Shown here: piece by piece, positions 7,015-16,576 of the stretch
Position numbering within the stretch: position 1 is the first letter of the stretch
Layout: every line of letters starts with the position of its first letter
Source of the DNA: a virus
DNA: 64,000 nucleotides
Strand: one strand, 5' to 3'
IMG/VR virus record: IMGVR_UViG_3300046820_001050
Span: 34,650 to 98,649 of that record
Translations under genes and position numbers: made by a program
The notes under the pieces: generated by a model
Database searches by the model: none
The model's input: only the letters and a program-made list of their open reading frames with translations
What the model was told of the DNA's origin: nothing

Positions 7015-9150
7015 TTACCTCCTCATCCCAATCATTACATTTGCAATCTGTGAAACAATGATTACTGGGATAATGACTTCCTGGGCTTTTTCTCTCTGAT
7101 CGTCTGTCATGTCCATACCCAACTCAGAGAAATTGGATAGGAGTTCTGTAACATCCACATTGAATACTGCTCCAAGTGGATCTTCAAGAAATGCTTCTGT
7201 TTGTACTTCTGTTACTGCGTCTGCTAATGTAAATGGCATTGGGGTTTCTCCTGCATCCCCTGCTCTTTCTGCGAACTCAACAAACGCTGAAGCAAGTGCT
7301 GGATTGCCCTTCATCTGCTCAGCAATCTGTGCGACTTCTGATGCCTTGATACCAAGGTCTCCAGCAATTTCTGCCTTTGCTTCTTGTGTTAAAGACTTTA
7401 GAGTTTGGCTAACTGCTGCTACCTGCTCTGCAGAAAGTTTAACTAATTTGTTATCCTTGCTTGTAAGGTTAGCAATAACTCCAGATAAATCTTCTGATGT
7501 ACCAGTTCCCTTTTCAGGAATAAGTGCAGCAAGTTCTTCATCCTTTATTTCAGGATTCTTTTCTGGCTCTGGTGTTGGTTCTGGCAATGGCTCTGGAGAA
7601 GGCTCTATAGAAGGCTCTATGGTAGGCTCTGGCTTTGGCTTAGGCTCTTCTGTAGGTGTTGGCTTTGGCTCCTCTGGCTTTGTAGGTTCAGGCTTTGGAT
7701 TCTCTGTTGGATCTGGCTTAGGGCCTGGCTGTGTTGGCTTTGGACCTGGCTCTTCTGTTCCAGTAACATTAGTTGGCTTTGGCTCTGGTTTATCTGTTGG
7801 TGGTGTAGAAGGCTTTGGCTTTTCTGGTTCAACAGTAGGCTTTGGTGAAGGCTCTGGCTTAGGTTGATTTGCTGCAGCGTTTGCTGCTGCTTGCGCTATA
7901 GCCATTTGAATTTCTCTTTGCAACTGCTTGTCATAATAATTCCAGGCATCTTGAATTGCATTATTAACATCATTAACTGCTTCATTAAAATCATTTATCG
8001 CATTATCTTTTTCAGACAAAGCATCTGCTGTATTATTTACTGCGTTGTCGTACTCAGATTCTTTGTTTATTAGTGTTTGATTCAAGGAGTTTAGTATTGC
8101 GACTTCTTGGTTGTATACATTTAACTTATCATTATATTCTGACAAGGCATTATTATAATCTTGTTGTGCTGCATTTCGTGTTGCAAGTGCTTGATTATAG
8201 GCATCTATTTCTGACTGTGTTGGTCCTGATCCAGATGAGAATGTATTAAGATTACAAGAGAATCCTACTCCCCATCCACCAGTATAATCACAACCTGCTC
8301 CAGTCCACCCTCCAGGTATTGCCCATCCAAGATGATAAGATCCTGGTCCGCCTCCGTTATACCACCATACCTCTACATTTAAAGTTTTGTTTTGACTTAC
8401 ATCATATACTGGAGAGTATGCACTCCATGTTGCCCCTTGCTCACGCCAGTTATTAACTGCAAGATTTCCATTAACAAACATTCTAAAACCATCGTCTGTG
8501 TATCCTGCAAAATATGTTGATGTCCAGTGATTCGGCACTGTTATTTGTCCAGTAAACTTAACTATAAAATTTTGATATCTATTTCCACAAACTGGAAGTT
8601 GCATTGAGTTAGAGTTCCAAGTTCCTTCGCATAGCACAGATCCTGGGGTAGCGACATTACCCTGTCTAACAAGAGTATAAACAGTGTATGCCAAACCTGG
8701 ACCTCCAGAAGACTGCATATTAGACTGTGTGGTTTGGAGATTGATGTTGGCTATATTCAGAGAATCCTGGGCATCGTTCTTATCCTTAAAGGCATTGTTT
8801 CTATTCTCAAGAGCAATTGCTACTGTGGCTGTCTGCCCATCTACATTTGACTGGGCAAGTTCTACTTCTTCTAATGCTAATTCTTCTGCTTCTACTGCAT
8901 CTTCATAGTCTTTAATTGAGGCATCTCTTACATCCAGCAGATTTTTGGCGTACATAAACTTGTTCTCTGCTATGTCAATCATGTCTATTAGACCATCTTT
9001 ATAGTCTAATTTATCTACTGCGCTATTGAGGTTTTCAATCTGCTTGGCTGCAACAGTTAGAGGGTCGTCAGAATGAGCCTCTGTAGGGGCTATTATGAGC
9101 CATCCAAAGGCTAATATTGTAGCGATTGCTATGCGTGATAATCGTTTTAT
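7015..9150 (-). CDS. Membrane-anchored surface protein: signal peptide, coiled coil, PA14 domain, Pro-rich stalk, C-terminal TM
   Basis: PA14 motifs FTGQI, TDDGFRMFVNG, W.EQG and WWYNGGG; KPEP/PTP repeats; C-terminal VIIPVIIV...MRR. The frame is open upstream of ATG 8982 to an ATA at 9150 that begins a signal peptide. Confidence 0.75.
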   Translation of the reverse strand: MKRLSRIAIATILAFGWLIIAPTEAHSDDPLTVAAKQIENLNSAVDKLDYKDGLIDMIDIAENKFMYAKNLLDVRDASIKDYEDAVEAEELALEEVELAQSNVDGQTATVAIALENRNNAFKDKNDAQDSLNIANINLQTTQSNMQSSGGPGLAYTVYTLVRQGNVATPGSVLCEGTWNSNSMQLPVCGNRYQNFIVKFTGQITVPNHWTSTYFAGYTDDGFRMFVNGNLAVNNWREQGATWSAYSPVYDVSQNKTLNVEVWWYNGGGPGSYHLGWAIPGGWTGAGCDYTGGWGVGFSCNLNTFSSGSGPTQSEIDAYNQALATRNAAQQDYNNALSEYNDKLNVYNQEVAILNSLNQTLINKESEYDNAVNNTADALSEKDNAINDFNEAVNDVNNAIQDAWNYYDKQLQREIQMAIAQAAANAAANQPKPEPSPKPTVEPEKPKPSTPPTDKPEPKPTNVTGTEEPGPKPTQPGPKPDPTENPKPEPTKPEEPKPTPTEEPKPKPEPTIEPSIEPSPEPLPEPTPEPEKNPEIKDEELAALIPEKGTGTSEDLSGVIANLTSKDNKLVKLSAEQVAAVSQTLKSLTQEAKAEIAGDLGIKASEVAQIAEQMKGNPALASAFVEFAERAGDAGETPMPFTLADAVTEVQTEAFLEDPLGAVFNVDVTELLSNFSELGMDMTDDQREKAQEVIIPVIIVSQIANVMIGMRR

Positions 9151-9208
9151 TTGCCTTCCCCCTTGCAGACGACATGTCTGATAGGATGATTATACCATTT
9201 TATTGCAC

Positions 9209-9241
9209 AAAAAAAGGGCTACCGTAATTGGTAACCCCTTT
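9209..9241 (-). terminator. Rho-independent terminator
   Basis: GGGGTTACC-AATTAC-GGTAGCCCT followed by a T run, just after the 9255 stop. Confidence 0.8.
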
Positions 9242-9254
9242 AATGTTGGACTAA

Positions 9255-10394
9255 TTACTTAACAAGAGTAACCTTAGCCTTTGGATTCTTTGCATTCCAT
9301 TGGCGAGCCAACTTGTTGAAAGCATCCTTAAGTGACTTGATTGCTGCAGCATTATCTGCTGTCAACTTAGCAACGACTGCATCATGTGCAACCTTTACAT
9401 CAGCAAGTGCCTTATCTGAAGCAACCTTTGCATCTGCTAGTGCCTTTGCTGAAGCAGCCTTCTCTGCTGCTAGAGCAGCATCTGAAGCAACCTTTGCAGC
9501 AGCAGCATCCACAGCAGCCTTTAGAACTGCAGCATCTGCTACAGCCTTAGCAGCAAGTGCTGCATCCTTAGCAGCCTTTTCTGCAGCAAGTTCTGTGATT
9601 AGATCACGAACAGCAATTTCTGCAAATGGTGCAAGTGTACGAGCAGTTAGACCTACTACGTCTGCAGAAGCAGCATCAGAAGATGTTGTTGGTGCAAATG
9701 TGATAAGTGCTCGTGAGCCAGTTGTTGGAAGAGTTGCCTTGAAGGTTGCTGTTCCAAAATCTGCAAGTGTAGCACCAGTTGTTACTGTTGCTGTGTCTAG
9801 TGTTGCTGTTGCAGCAAAGACTGTTGCAGTAATTGACTTACCAGATACCTTATTACCAAATGCATCTGTTGCAGTTACTGTAATGTCCTGCTTTGTTCCT
9901 GCTGCACCTGATGTAGGTGCTGCAACTGTTAGGTTATTAATCTTTCCAGCAGTTCCCTGTACATAGTATGTAAGGGTTGTTCCACCGTTGTTGATTACAA
10001 CTGTACCAATTGCTGTTGTCTTTGTGTAGACAAAAAATGTTGCAGTTGTTCCAGTACCTGTTGCAATTGTCAAAGATGATGATCCTGACGATGCTCCTAC
10101 TGGTGCTGCTGATGTGTTTAGTGCTGATACGATTGTTGCGTTAGTTGCTACTGCAGAAACTGATGTTCCTGCTGCTACTGTTGCTACAAAACGCAATGCA
10201 TCTGTTGCATCAATTACGTTATCTTCTGGGACTGGCAATGCAGCAGGTGTAGCAATTACACCGTTAGTGGTGTTTGCTGTACCATTTAGCGTTACTGCGA
10301 CTGTCATTACTGTAGCATTTGCAGGTGCTACTGCGACCATGCCCAAAGTCATGGCTGCAACCACGGCTAGTGCGATCTTCTTGAATGAATTCAT
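9255..10394 (-). CDS. Secreted Ala/Thr-rich surface (S-layer-like) protein with Ig-like region and C-terminal coiled coil
   Basis: Signal peptide MNSFKKIALAVVAAMTLGMVAVAPANA; Ig-like TVTATDAFGNKV; AAEKAA coiled coil; AAGGAG SD. Confidence 0.7.
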   Translation of the reverse strand: MNSFKKIALAVVAAMTLGMVAVAPANATVMTVAVTLNGTANTTNGVIATPAALPVPEDNVIDATDALRFVATVAAGTSVSAVATNATIVSALNTSAAPVGASSGSSSLTIATGTGTTATFFVYTKTTAIGTVVINNGGTTLTYYVQGTAGKINNLTVAAPTSGAAGTKQDITVTATDAFGNKVSGKSITATVFAATATLDTATVTTGATLADFGTATFKATLPTTGSRALITFAPTTSSDAASADVVGLTARTLAPFAEIAVRDLITELAAEKAAKDAALAAKAVADAAVLKAAVDAAAAKVASDAALAAEKAASAKALADAKVASDKALADVKVAHDAVVAKLTADNAAAIKSLKDAFNKLARQWNAKNPKAKVTLVK

Positions 10395-10410
10395 TCGTAT
10401 TTCTCCTTAT

Positions 10411-12192
10411 TTATAGTAGATTAAATCTATCCAGATAATCTTTTACATCATCTGGCATAGGTTTATATTGTATCACGTTGTCAGGTAGTTCGTCAACTCG
10501 CTTAGATCTATCTCTAAAAGTGTGAACCTCTACCTCAGTGTCTATATTTTTAGGGGTATGAGATATAGCCCCAAAAATAGCACCACACACAGCATCAGCC
10601 AAGTCCTTTGACTTTTTGCGTGGGTGGTCAACTCTATCATTTTTCATAATTTTTAACTGTGTTAGTTCATCAAATAATAAATCAATTGCTGGCATGGCAA
10701 GTCTTTCCTCGTAAACAAGCATAGCCATATCTTCGTAGTGCTTCTTAGCAACAGAAACAGTATCTGTTCTCATTCCAACCTGCTTCAACTCATTCTGAAT
10801 ATCAAAGGATTGCCAGCGGTCAAAAGAAACCATGCCAATATCAAACCCAAGTCTTCTAAGGTTCTGAATCCACTGTTTAACCTCAGATAGGTTAACTGGG
10901 CCCTCAACCTTTGGCTCCCACCATGCTACTGCATCTACTACTACTATAGGGGCCACCTGTTCATAATTGTTAATTACTTGAATGTTTACCCATTTTTCTA
11001 CATGTGCAATTGCTACGGCACACTTGTCATGCTTTTGTGCAAGGTCAGCGTGTACATAATATTTCTTAGTTGGGTCTGGTTTAAATGCTTCATCAAACCT
11101 TTTAAATGTATCTACTGGGTTTCTTAATGTCATGCAGGCTCTTACTTTATCTGCCTGCTTAAAGAATGCATCCGATGCAAATGTTGGTACACATGCAAAA
11201 CGCATCATTGCATCACCAAGGTCTGTCATGAATGCAATCATGAAATCATCTATCTTACGAGTAGGGTTTACTTCCCATGTAGGTCTCTTTAGTGCAAATA
11301 CTCCAGGATATTTGTATGATGTAATCTGATCTTCATCCCACGAAATTTCAAATGTGTTGTCTGGGCTATCTTCTGGAAGCAATGGATTAATAGTAAACTT
11401 GTGTGTTCTTTCTATTACTTCCTTTTCAGCAACAACATCATCATATCTTTCTGAAATAAAGTCACCTGGATAGCGTGGGAATGAAAGCAAAACAACCTTG
11501 CCAAGGTCTGGGAATCGAGAGTCTACTGATCCACGGAAAGCCTTGTAGATATTATCAGCAGTCTTTCCTTGTTCATTGCCTGTTCCGACCTCAGATGCAA
11601 AACCAGAAATCTCATCAAGCACTGCAAGAAGAAGGTTCAAGCCCTCATGTGATTCACGCTCTGAGTGACCAGAGTAAACAGTAATTGATTTATCAAATTC
11701 AATTGAGTCAGCCTTTGCATAATACTTTCCAGCAAACCAAGGAGATCTTTCAATCTTTGATTTAAAACCTTTAAAGAAAACATTCTTAGCCTGTTGAGCG
11801 TTAATCGCTACGTTAATCAAGTCAATAGCATCTCCAGAGGGCTTACCAAAATACTTTGCTGGGTCTTTAAGGCATAGAAGTTTATATACGATATATGAAC
11901 AGGCTACAGTTGATGTGAAGTCTTTTCCAGATCCCTTGCCAAGTTGCAGGATAATCTCGTTCTTTGTGTACTTATTATAGTACTGGGTTCCTTTTTCTTC
12001 CCCCATAATATTTATCAAATCCTCTTTGCGGTAGATCTGACTCATTGCTTCTACGATATCGTATTGAATATCAGAAAGTGGGGGCTGTCCAAGGTATGCT
12101 TCACCTTCTACAAACGTTCTTGCATCTACTGGGGTCTCATTAAAATGATCATCCTGTAGTGCCTCTAAGAACTCATTGAACATCGTGGACAA
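10411..12192 (-). CDS. terL: Terminase large subunit
   Basis: Walker A GKGSGKD, Walker B AVLDE, nuclease acidic residues (HADLA, FDRWQS, KDLADA). Confidence 0.9.
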   Translation of the reverse strand: MSTMFNEFLEALQDDHFNETPVDARTFVEGEAYLGQPPLSDIQYDIVEAMSQIYRKEDLINIMGEEKGTQYYNKYTKNEIILQLGKGSGKDFTSTVACSYIVYKLLCLKDPAKYFGKPSGDAIDLINVAINAQQAKNVFFKGFKSKIERSPWFAGKYYAKADSIEFDKSITVYSGHSERESHEGLNLLLAVLDEISGFASEVGTGNEQGKTADNIYKAFRGSVDSRFPDLGKVVLLSFPRYPGDFISERYDDVVAEKEVIERTHKFTINPLLPEDSPDNTFEISWDEDQITSYKYPGVFALKRPTWEVNPTRKIDDFMIAFMTDLGDAMMRFACVPTFASDAFFKQADKVRACMTLRNPVDTFKRFDEAFKPDPTKKYYVHADLAQKHDKCAVAIAHVEKWVNIQVINNYEQVAPIVVVDAVAWWEPKVEGPVNLSEVKQWIQNLRRLGFDIGMVSFDRWQSFDIQNELKQVGMRTDTVSVAKKHYEDMAMLVYEERLAMPAIDLLFDELTQLKIMKNDRVDHPRKKSKDLADAVCGAIFGAISHTPKNIDTEVEVHTFRDRSKRVDELPDNVIQYKPMPDDVKDYLDRFNLL

Positions 12193-12709
12193 CGGTAATC
12201 ACCTCATTGTTTTTTGCAAATGAAGATAGCCTACGCATAATCTCATCACGAACCTGTGGGTACTCTGAGGCAATATCTTTTAGAATAAGAACAAGGATCT
12301 CTTGACGCTTTTCAATTTCCATCATCTCTTCTGCAAGTTCTTTATTCTCAAGAAGTCCAGCCTTTTGTAGCATGTCAATACGCTTAGACTCAATGTCCAT
12401 TACAAGTTTGATGGCAGCAGTCTTTGCGCTAAGGTTATTTGTCATAGACGCTTCATCAATAACTTCGTATGTACGAGACACTAACTTGCTATAGTGTGTG
12501 TCTGCTGCTGCTAGTGCCTCTTTAGCACGAGCACGGATAGCATCGTTAGCAGATGCCATAACCTTCCACTCATTGATAAGTGTAACGACTCTTTGTCTTG
12601 GAATATCAAGTTGTTTTGAAATTACAGTTGGGTCGTTGCCCTTTAGGTATTCTTCTACTACTTGATTAACTTGGTCAAGGTGCTTAACTAAATCATCTTC
12701 AGTTGACAT
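12173..12709 (-). CDS. Helical protein, candidate terminase small subunit
   Basis: N-terminal HTH-like segment, helical body, overlaps the terL start. Confidence 0.5.
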   Translation of the reverse strand: MSTEDDLVKHLDQVNQVVEEYLKGNDPTVISKQLDIPRQRVVTLINEWKVMASANDAIRARAKEALAAADTHYSKLVSRTYEVIDEASMTNNLSAKTAAIKLVMDIESKRIDMLQKAGLLENKELAEEMMEIEKRQEILVLILKDIASEYPQVRDEIMRRLSSFAKNNEVITVVHDVQ

Positions 12710-12941
12710 ACTTGCCCTCTAGCCTATTTATTTCATCTTTTATGTAGAAGATTGCTTTCTCAAGATCCTGAATGGTTTTTGATTCATCCTTGATTCCTGC
12801 TCTCCATAAATACTTAAATGCATTTCCAATGTTGAAGTTGCGATGTCTTGTTATCTGAATACACTCTACACCAGAAGGATCTGTTGTGTAGTGAGTTGGA
12901 TGATTGACTTGATCAACAGTTATATTTAGGCTCTCACTCAT
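12699..12941 (-). CDS. DUF3310-family phage protein
   Basis: VNHPTHY, IGNAFKYLWRAG.K and DLEKA.FY motifs; start MSESL at 12941. Confidence 0.85.
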   Translation of the reverse strand: MSESLNITVDQVNHPTHYTTDPSGVECIQITRHRNFNIGNAFKYLWRAGIKDESKTIQDLEKAIFYIKDEINRLEGKYVN

Positions 12942-13056
12942 CGTCTTCCTCCCAATCAAACTCCTGTGGCATATTCCGCAGTGTTGCAGTTGCATACGAA
13001 ATACCAACTGCTGCTACCAATGATAATACAAAAAGAATGTACTTAATCTTTTTCAT
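12934..13056 (-). CDS. Small membrane/secreted peptide, 40 aa
   Basis: Manual translation MKKIKYILFVLSLVAAVGISYATATLRNMPQEFDWEEDDE; overlaps both neighbours. Confidence 0.6.
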   Translation of the reverse strand: MKKIKYILFVLSLVAAVGISYATATLRNMPQEFDWEEDDE

Positions 13057-13208
13057 CGCTTTGATTTCCTTAATCCAAATTTAGCAAGGTAAACATAGAC
13101 AGTTTCTAATGAGCATCCACATTCCTTTGCAATATCTTCTGGTGTTTTTTTATCCATAAGATATCTCTTACGCATAAATGTTTCACTTGTATATAGTTTA
13201 GCACCCAT
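13053..13208 (-). CDS. Small HTH DNA-binding protein, 51 aa
   Basis: Manual translation MGAKLYTSETFMRKRYLMDKKTPEDIAKECGCSLETVYVYLAKFGLRKSKR. Confidence 0.7.
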   Translation of the reverse strand: MGAKLYTSETFMRKRYLMDKKTPEDIAKECGCSLETVYVYLAKFGLRKSKR

Positions 13209-13219
13209 GAGATTAATTG

Positions 13220-13858
13220 TCAAGCCTCCATCTCATTAATTTCATAATTGAATCTGTCAGAGTTTTCTAAGATCCATTTATCCTGATTTTCAACGTCATA
13301 TTTTCTTTCATTAATTATTCTATCAATCAAGTATTCTTTTTCAAGGGTAAATGAAGGCTCATAAATACGCACTCTATTGTTAGGTTGAATCGCAAAGTTT
13401 CCGTCATCTCTTTGTATTACGTGTCCACACTTATGATCTGCAGGGCTTTCAGAGTATCCGTCATCTAAAACATTTGTATCTGGATTGTGCCAGTCTAATG
13501 TAAATAGATATGTACCCTTGTGCATTGTCTTTGTTCTGTCAATGTAAGACATTCTAAGATTTGTTAGATTTTCAAATCTTGTTACAGCAATGTGATGACT
13601 GAAAGAATTCCATAATACCAGGTTGTGTAGGTCTGGCTCAGGTATACCTGGCTCTGTGCAAAAGGCAGAGATAGGAAGTCTCCACCAAAGACCACCATCT
13701 GGCATCATAATATGAAATAGTGGGCTTCTAGACTTTAAACTTGATACGCCAAAGACGACACACTCAAAGTATTTGTCATGACTATCTTGGTGATTTCTTA
13801 AATAATTTCCTCTTACATAGCAATGTATTGGTGGTATGTTTGCATTTAACTCTGGCAT
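13220..13858 (-). CDS. Conserved phage hypothetical protein
   Basis: 212-aa ORF translationally coupled to the resolvase gene; HKCGH and QPNNR motifs. Confidence 0.75.
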   Translation of the reverse strand: MPELNANIPPIHCYVRGNYLRNHQDSHDKYFECVVFGVSSLKSRSPLFHIMMPDGGLWWRLPISAFCTEPGIPEPDLHNLVLWNSFSHHIAVTRFENLTNLRMSYIDRTKTMHKGTYLFTLDWHNPDTNVLDDGYSESPADHKCGHVIQRDDGNFAIQPNNRVRIYEPSFTLEKEYLIDRIINERKYDVENQDKWILENSDRFNYEINEMEA

Positions 13859-14454
13859 TATTCAGTCCCTCCTACTGCTTTATTCCAATTCTTCATTGCC
13901 CAGTGGCCAATACCACAGGCATCTGCTACATCATTATCTGTAATTGTTCTATCGTATTGCATGTTAATAAAACTAATCGTTCTTTGCTTTCGTATTTCTC
14001 TTTCGTAAGACTTGAGCCATGACTCTGACTTCCCTGGATTTTGTGACTTAATAAATAGTTTTTCATCTTTAGAAATCTTCTTGTTTCCAATAAAGTTCTG
14101 CCAAGTAATTGGTGCTACCTTGCCTATAATCTTAGTACCAGACTGTCCTGCTGCTCCAAGTATTGCACCCTGAACAAGAGCAAGATCTGCAGCAGTCTTA
14201 GGGCTATTCATAAATACTGTGTGCTCAATAACGATAGCCTCAAAGCCTTCATATATATCAAGGAAAGCCTTTACTTTTTGTCCAGCATCCATAACCTTTT
14301 CGTAGGTATTCTTGCCTTTAAAATTAATCTTGCCTACCGACTTTAATGTTTTTTCTTGAGTATTGAAAATAGCAAAGGCAAGACTATTAGTGCTTGCATC
14401 TATAGCACAAATAGTTTTTGGAGGTTTATTTCCTATTGCCTCTGCTAGTTTCAT
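13858..14454 (-). CDS. ruvC: RuvC-like Holliday junction resolvase
   Basis: AIDAS, VIE and DVADA acidic catalytic motifs. Confidence 0.8.
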   Translation of the reverse strand: MKLAEAIGNKPPKTICAIDASTNSLAFAIFNTQEKTLKSVGKINFKGKNTYEKVMDAGQKVKAFLDIYEGFEAIVIEHTVFMNSPKTAADLALVQGAILGAAGQSGTKIIGKVAPITWQNFIGNKKISKDEKLFIKSQNPGKSESWLKSYEREIRKQRTISFINMQYDRTITDNDVADACGIGHWAMKNWNKAVGGTE

Positions 14455-14726
14455 TTTAAATTATCCTTTATTTCTTTTAGTGCTTTTGCTACGTCAGAAG
14501 GATTTACATTACACTTTACACAAAGACTTTCATCATTATATATTGACAAAGGTTCTTTGCATGACTTGCAAGTTCTTTCCTTCCCCTTTCTTTTTTGTCG
14601 TCTATAAATTATATACCTTGCAGCAATTTTTTCTTTAGTAGACATATCTCTACATTCAGGTGAACAATATATCTGATAAGTTATATCTGTTTTAAATTGT
14701 TTGTCACACCATTGACAATGTTTCAT
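14451..14726 (-). CDS. Cys-rich zinc-finger protein
   Basis: CxxC, YCSPEC, CxxC and CxxC. Confidence 0.7.
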   Translation of the reverse strand: MKHCQWCDKQFKTDITYQIYCSPECRDMSTKEKIAARYIIYRRQKRKGKERTCKSCKEPLSIYNDESLCVKCNVNPSDVAKALKEIKDNLK

Positions 14727-15504
14727 CTAGTGGCTCCAAGGACTTTAGTTTAAAGTCTCCCTTACCAGCATCTGCACAAGCCTTTTTAATAGGACATGAT
14801 TTGCAAATTTTTGAATTTGAGCGATAGTTCTTTTCAGGAAGGGTTCTGTCGACCCAAGCCTTACGAACTGATCTCATCCATTCAAACGTCTGGTCTACCC
14901 ACCGACGATAATAATCATTTACTTCTACTGGAAGGATTAGCAACTCATGGTTATTTTTATTCTCATAAATAAGAACTGCCTTAGCCTTCTTCAGAATTTT
15001 CATATAAATTAACAACTGAATAAGGTGACCGCTCTTAGGCTTATTGTGTGCCTTGCGGTATTCAAACCCTTCGTTCATCATTGTTTTAATTTCACCAAGG
15101 AGTTCTTCTCCCTGCCAATTAACAATAACATCTCCATAGCCAAAGATTGGTGGATCATTATGTGTGATCTTAAATTCAGAATCTACAAGGAAGTCTGGAA
15201 CATTACCCATTGCTTCTTGAATTCTTTCGTGTGACTTTGTTCCTGCAGTCATGTTTGCTGCGCTGTATGGTGTTGCATCATCTTCAAACATTTGTCCATC
15301 AAAAGCAAGGTACCAGTATCTTGGGCACTCTCCATGCCCATAGGCAATGGTTGATGGAGCAAAGGTTTTCTTTTGTGTTTGCTTGTCTATGCGGGTTACA
15401 GTATAGCCAGACTGAATTTTTTCAGTAAGACCAGCAACATCTATTGCGTGTACTGGTGGCTTTTCCTGCTTAACCATAATCTGCTGTAATAAACTTTTTG
15501 TCAT
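14704..15504 (-). CDS. Cas4-like PD-(D/E)XK exonuclease
   Basis: CPR, GT..H, GD...EIKT, Q...Y and C-terminal CxxCxxxxxC Fe-S ligands. Confidence 0.85.
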   Translation of the reverse strand: MTKSLLQQIMVKQEKPPVHAIDVAGLTEKIQSGYTVTRIDKQTQKKTFAPSTIAYGHGECPRYWYLAFDGQMFEDDATPYSAANMTAGTKSHERIQEAMGNVPDFLVDSEFKITHNDPPIFGYGDVIVNWQGEELLGEIKTMMNEGFEYRKAHNKPKSGHLIQLLIYMKILKKAKAVLIYENKNNHELLILPVEVNDYYRRWVDQTFEWMRSVRKAWVDRTLPEKNYRSNSKICKSCPIKKACADAGKGDFKLKSLEPLDETLSMV

Positions 15505-15539
15505 GTTTTACTCGTTTCTATTAGTATAAGTATAGCAGA

Positions 15540-15845
15540 TTAACGTGTGATGTACTTGAGTGCAGACACCAAATTATTAAGCGACTCTGCTGCCGTATAA
15601 TAAAGATTCTTCTTTCCACGATCCGATTTGTCTACATTAGCCATCCATGTTGCCTTAAATGCCATCTTTGCTGCGATGGCCTGCAATCTTACAATCTCCA
15701 CGTGGGCAACATTGATTGGAATATCTGGCTTTATAATTAGTTTAGCAATCATTGTTAGTGCTATTGTTAATTCTTCGTCTTGCATATAGTCTGCAATCTC
15801 TGACAAACCATTTACCATATCAATTGTAGTATTTTCGTTTTGCAA
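15540..15845 (-). CDS. Hypothetical helical protein
   Basis: About 100-aa ORF in operon orientation; start uncertain (TTG). Confidence 0.7.
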   Translation of the reverse strand: MQNENTTIDMVNGLSEIADYMQDEELTIALTMIAKLIIKPDIPINVAHVEIVRLQAIAAKMAFKATWMANVDKSDRGKKNLYYTAAESLNNLVSALKYITR

Positions 15846-15900
15846 TTTTTTTCCGATCTAGTAGTTATTTTAAATTATTATAAATTATTTACCGATATTG

Positions 15901-16569
15901 TTATTGTAAAGACTGTTCTTTTTTACTAAAGTCTTCTTTATATTTTGCAAATACTGGATCTGCATTCCATTTATCAAGTCTTTCTTTTCTTGCTTCTGGA
16001 GATCTAGCAGGAAGGTTTAATTCTTCAAAGTCTTTCTTTGTTGAAAAATGCATAGTCAAAACCTCAGTGTTGTTTCCTTCTTTAAAAAGCACTGGCTCTC
16101 TCCAATGTGCCTGACCTGCACCCCAAAAAACAAGAAGGTCTCCATACTGAAGATTAAAACTTTCATCTTCAATTACTATTGGCCAATCAATATTTGCGTC
16201 TAACTGATAGTCCATTGTTAGTTTAGAAAAATAATTATCTGAATCATAGTGCACTGGAAGTTTTGGATTTACTCCTGGACTATGCTCTTGATTATAACTA
16301 AGGTAACTATTGTGGTACATAAAAACATCTTCTCCAACTAATGTTGAAGCAAACTTTTCAAGTTTTCTACGTATGTGCTCTGGGTACATAACTTCTATTT
16401 GCATTCTTGCCATAGTTGGCAAAACAAGTGGAGAATAAAACTCACTTAAATCTTTAGCATTTTTTTGATACTTAATAATTGCAAGAAGAACTTCTATTTC
16501 TTCATCAGTAAAAAAGTTTTTAACAATGTGTGGAACTATCTTATTTTTTGGTTCATGTCCTGTATTCAT
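15901..16569 (-). CDS. 2OG-Fe(II) oxygenase-like protein
   Basis: LPVHYD, GDLLVFWG and HWRE; leaderless start MNTGH at 16569. Confidence 0.75.
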   Translation of the reverse strand: MNTGHEPKNKIVPHIVKNFFTDEEIEVLLAIIKYQKNAKDLSEFYSPLVLPTMARMQIEVMYPEHIRRKLEKFASTLVGEDVFMYHNSYLSYNQEHSPGVNPKLPVHYDSDNYFSKLTMDYQLDANIDWPIVIEDESFNLQYGDLLVFWGAGQAHWREPVLFKEGNNTEVLTMHFSTKKDFEELNLPARSPEARKERLDKWNADPVFAKYKEDFSKKEQSLQ

Positions 16570-16576
16570 AATACTA

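Noticed and set aside
7109-7867. 252-aa plus-strand Gly/Ser-rich ORF (likewise 9313..9966, 39355..39921, 51242..51883 and other plus-strand ORFs)
   Set aside because: Antisense shadows of strongly codon-biased minus-strand genes; no SD or promoter and no recognisable domains.
14704-15504. Possible CRISPR-Cas locus suggested by the Cas4-like gene
   Set aside because: No repeat-spacer array or other cas genes were seen; solo Cas4-like nucleases are common in phage recombination modules.
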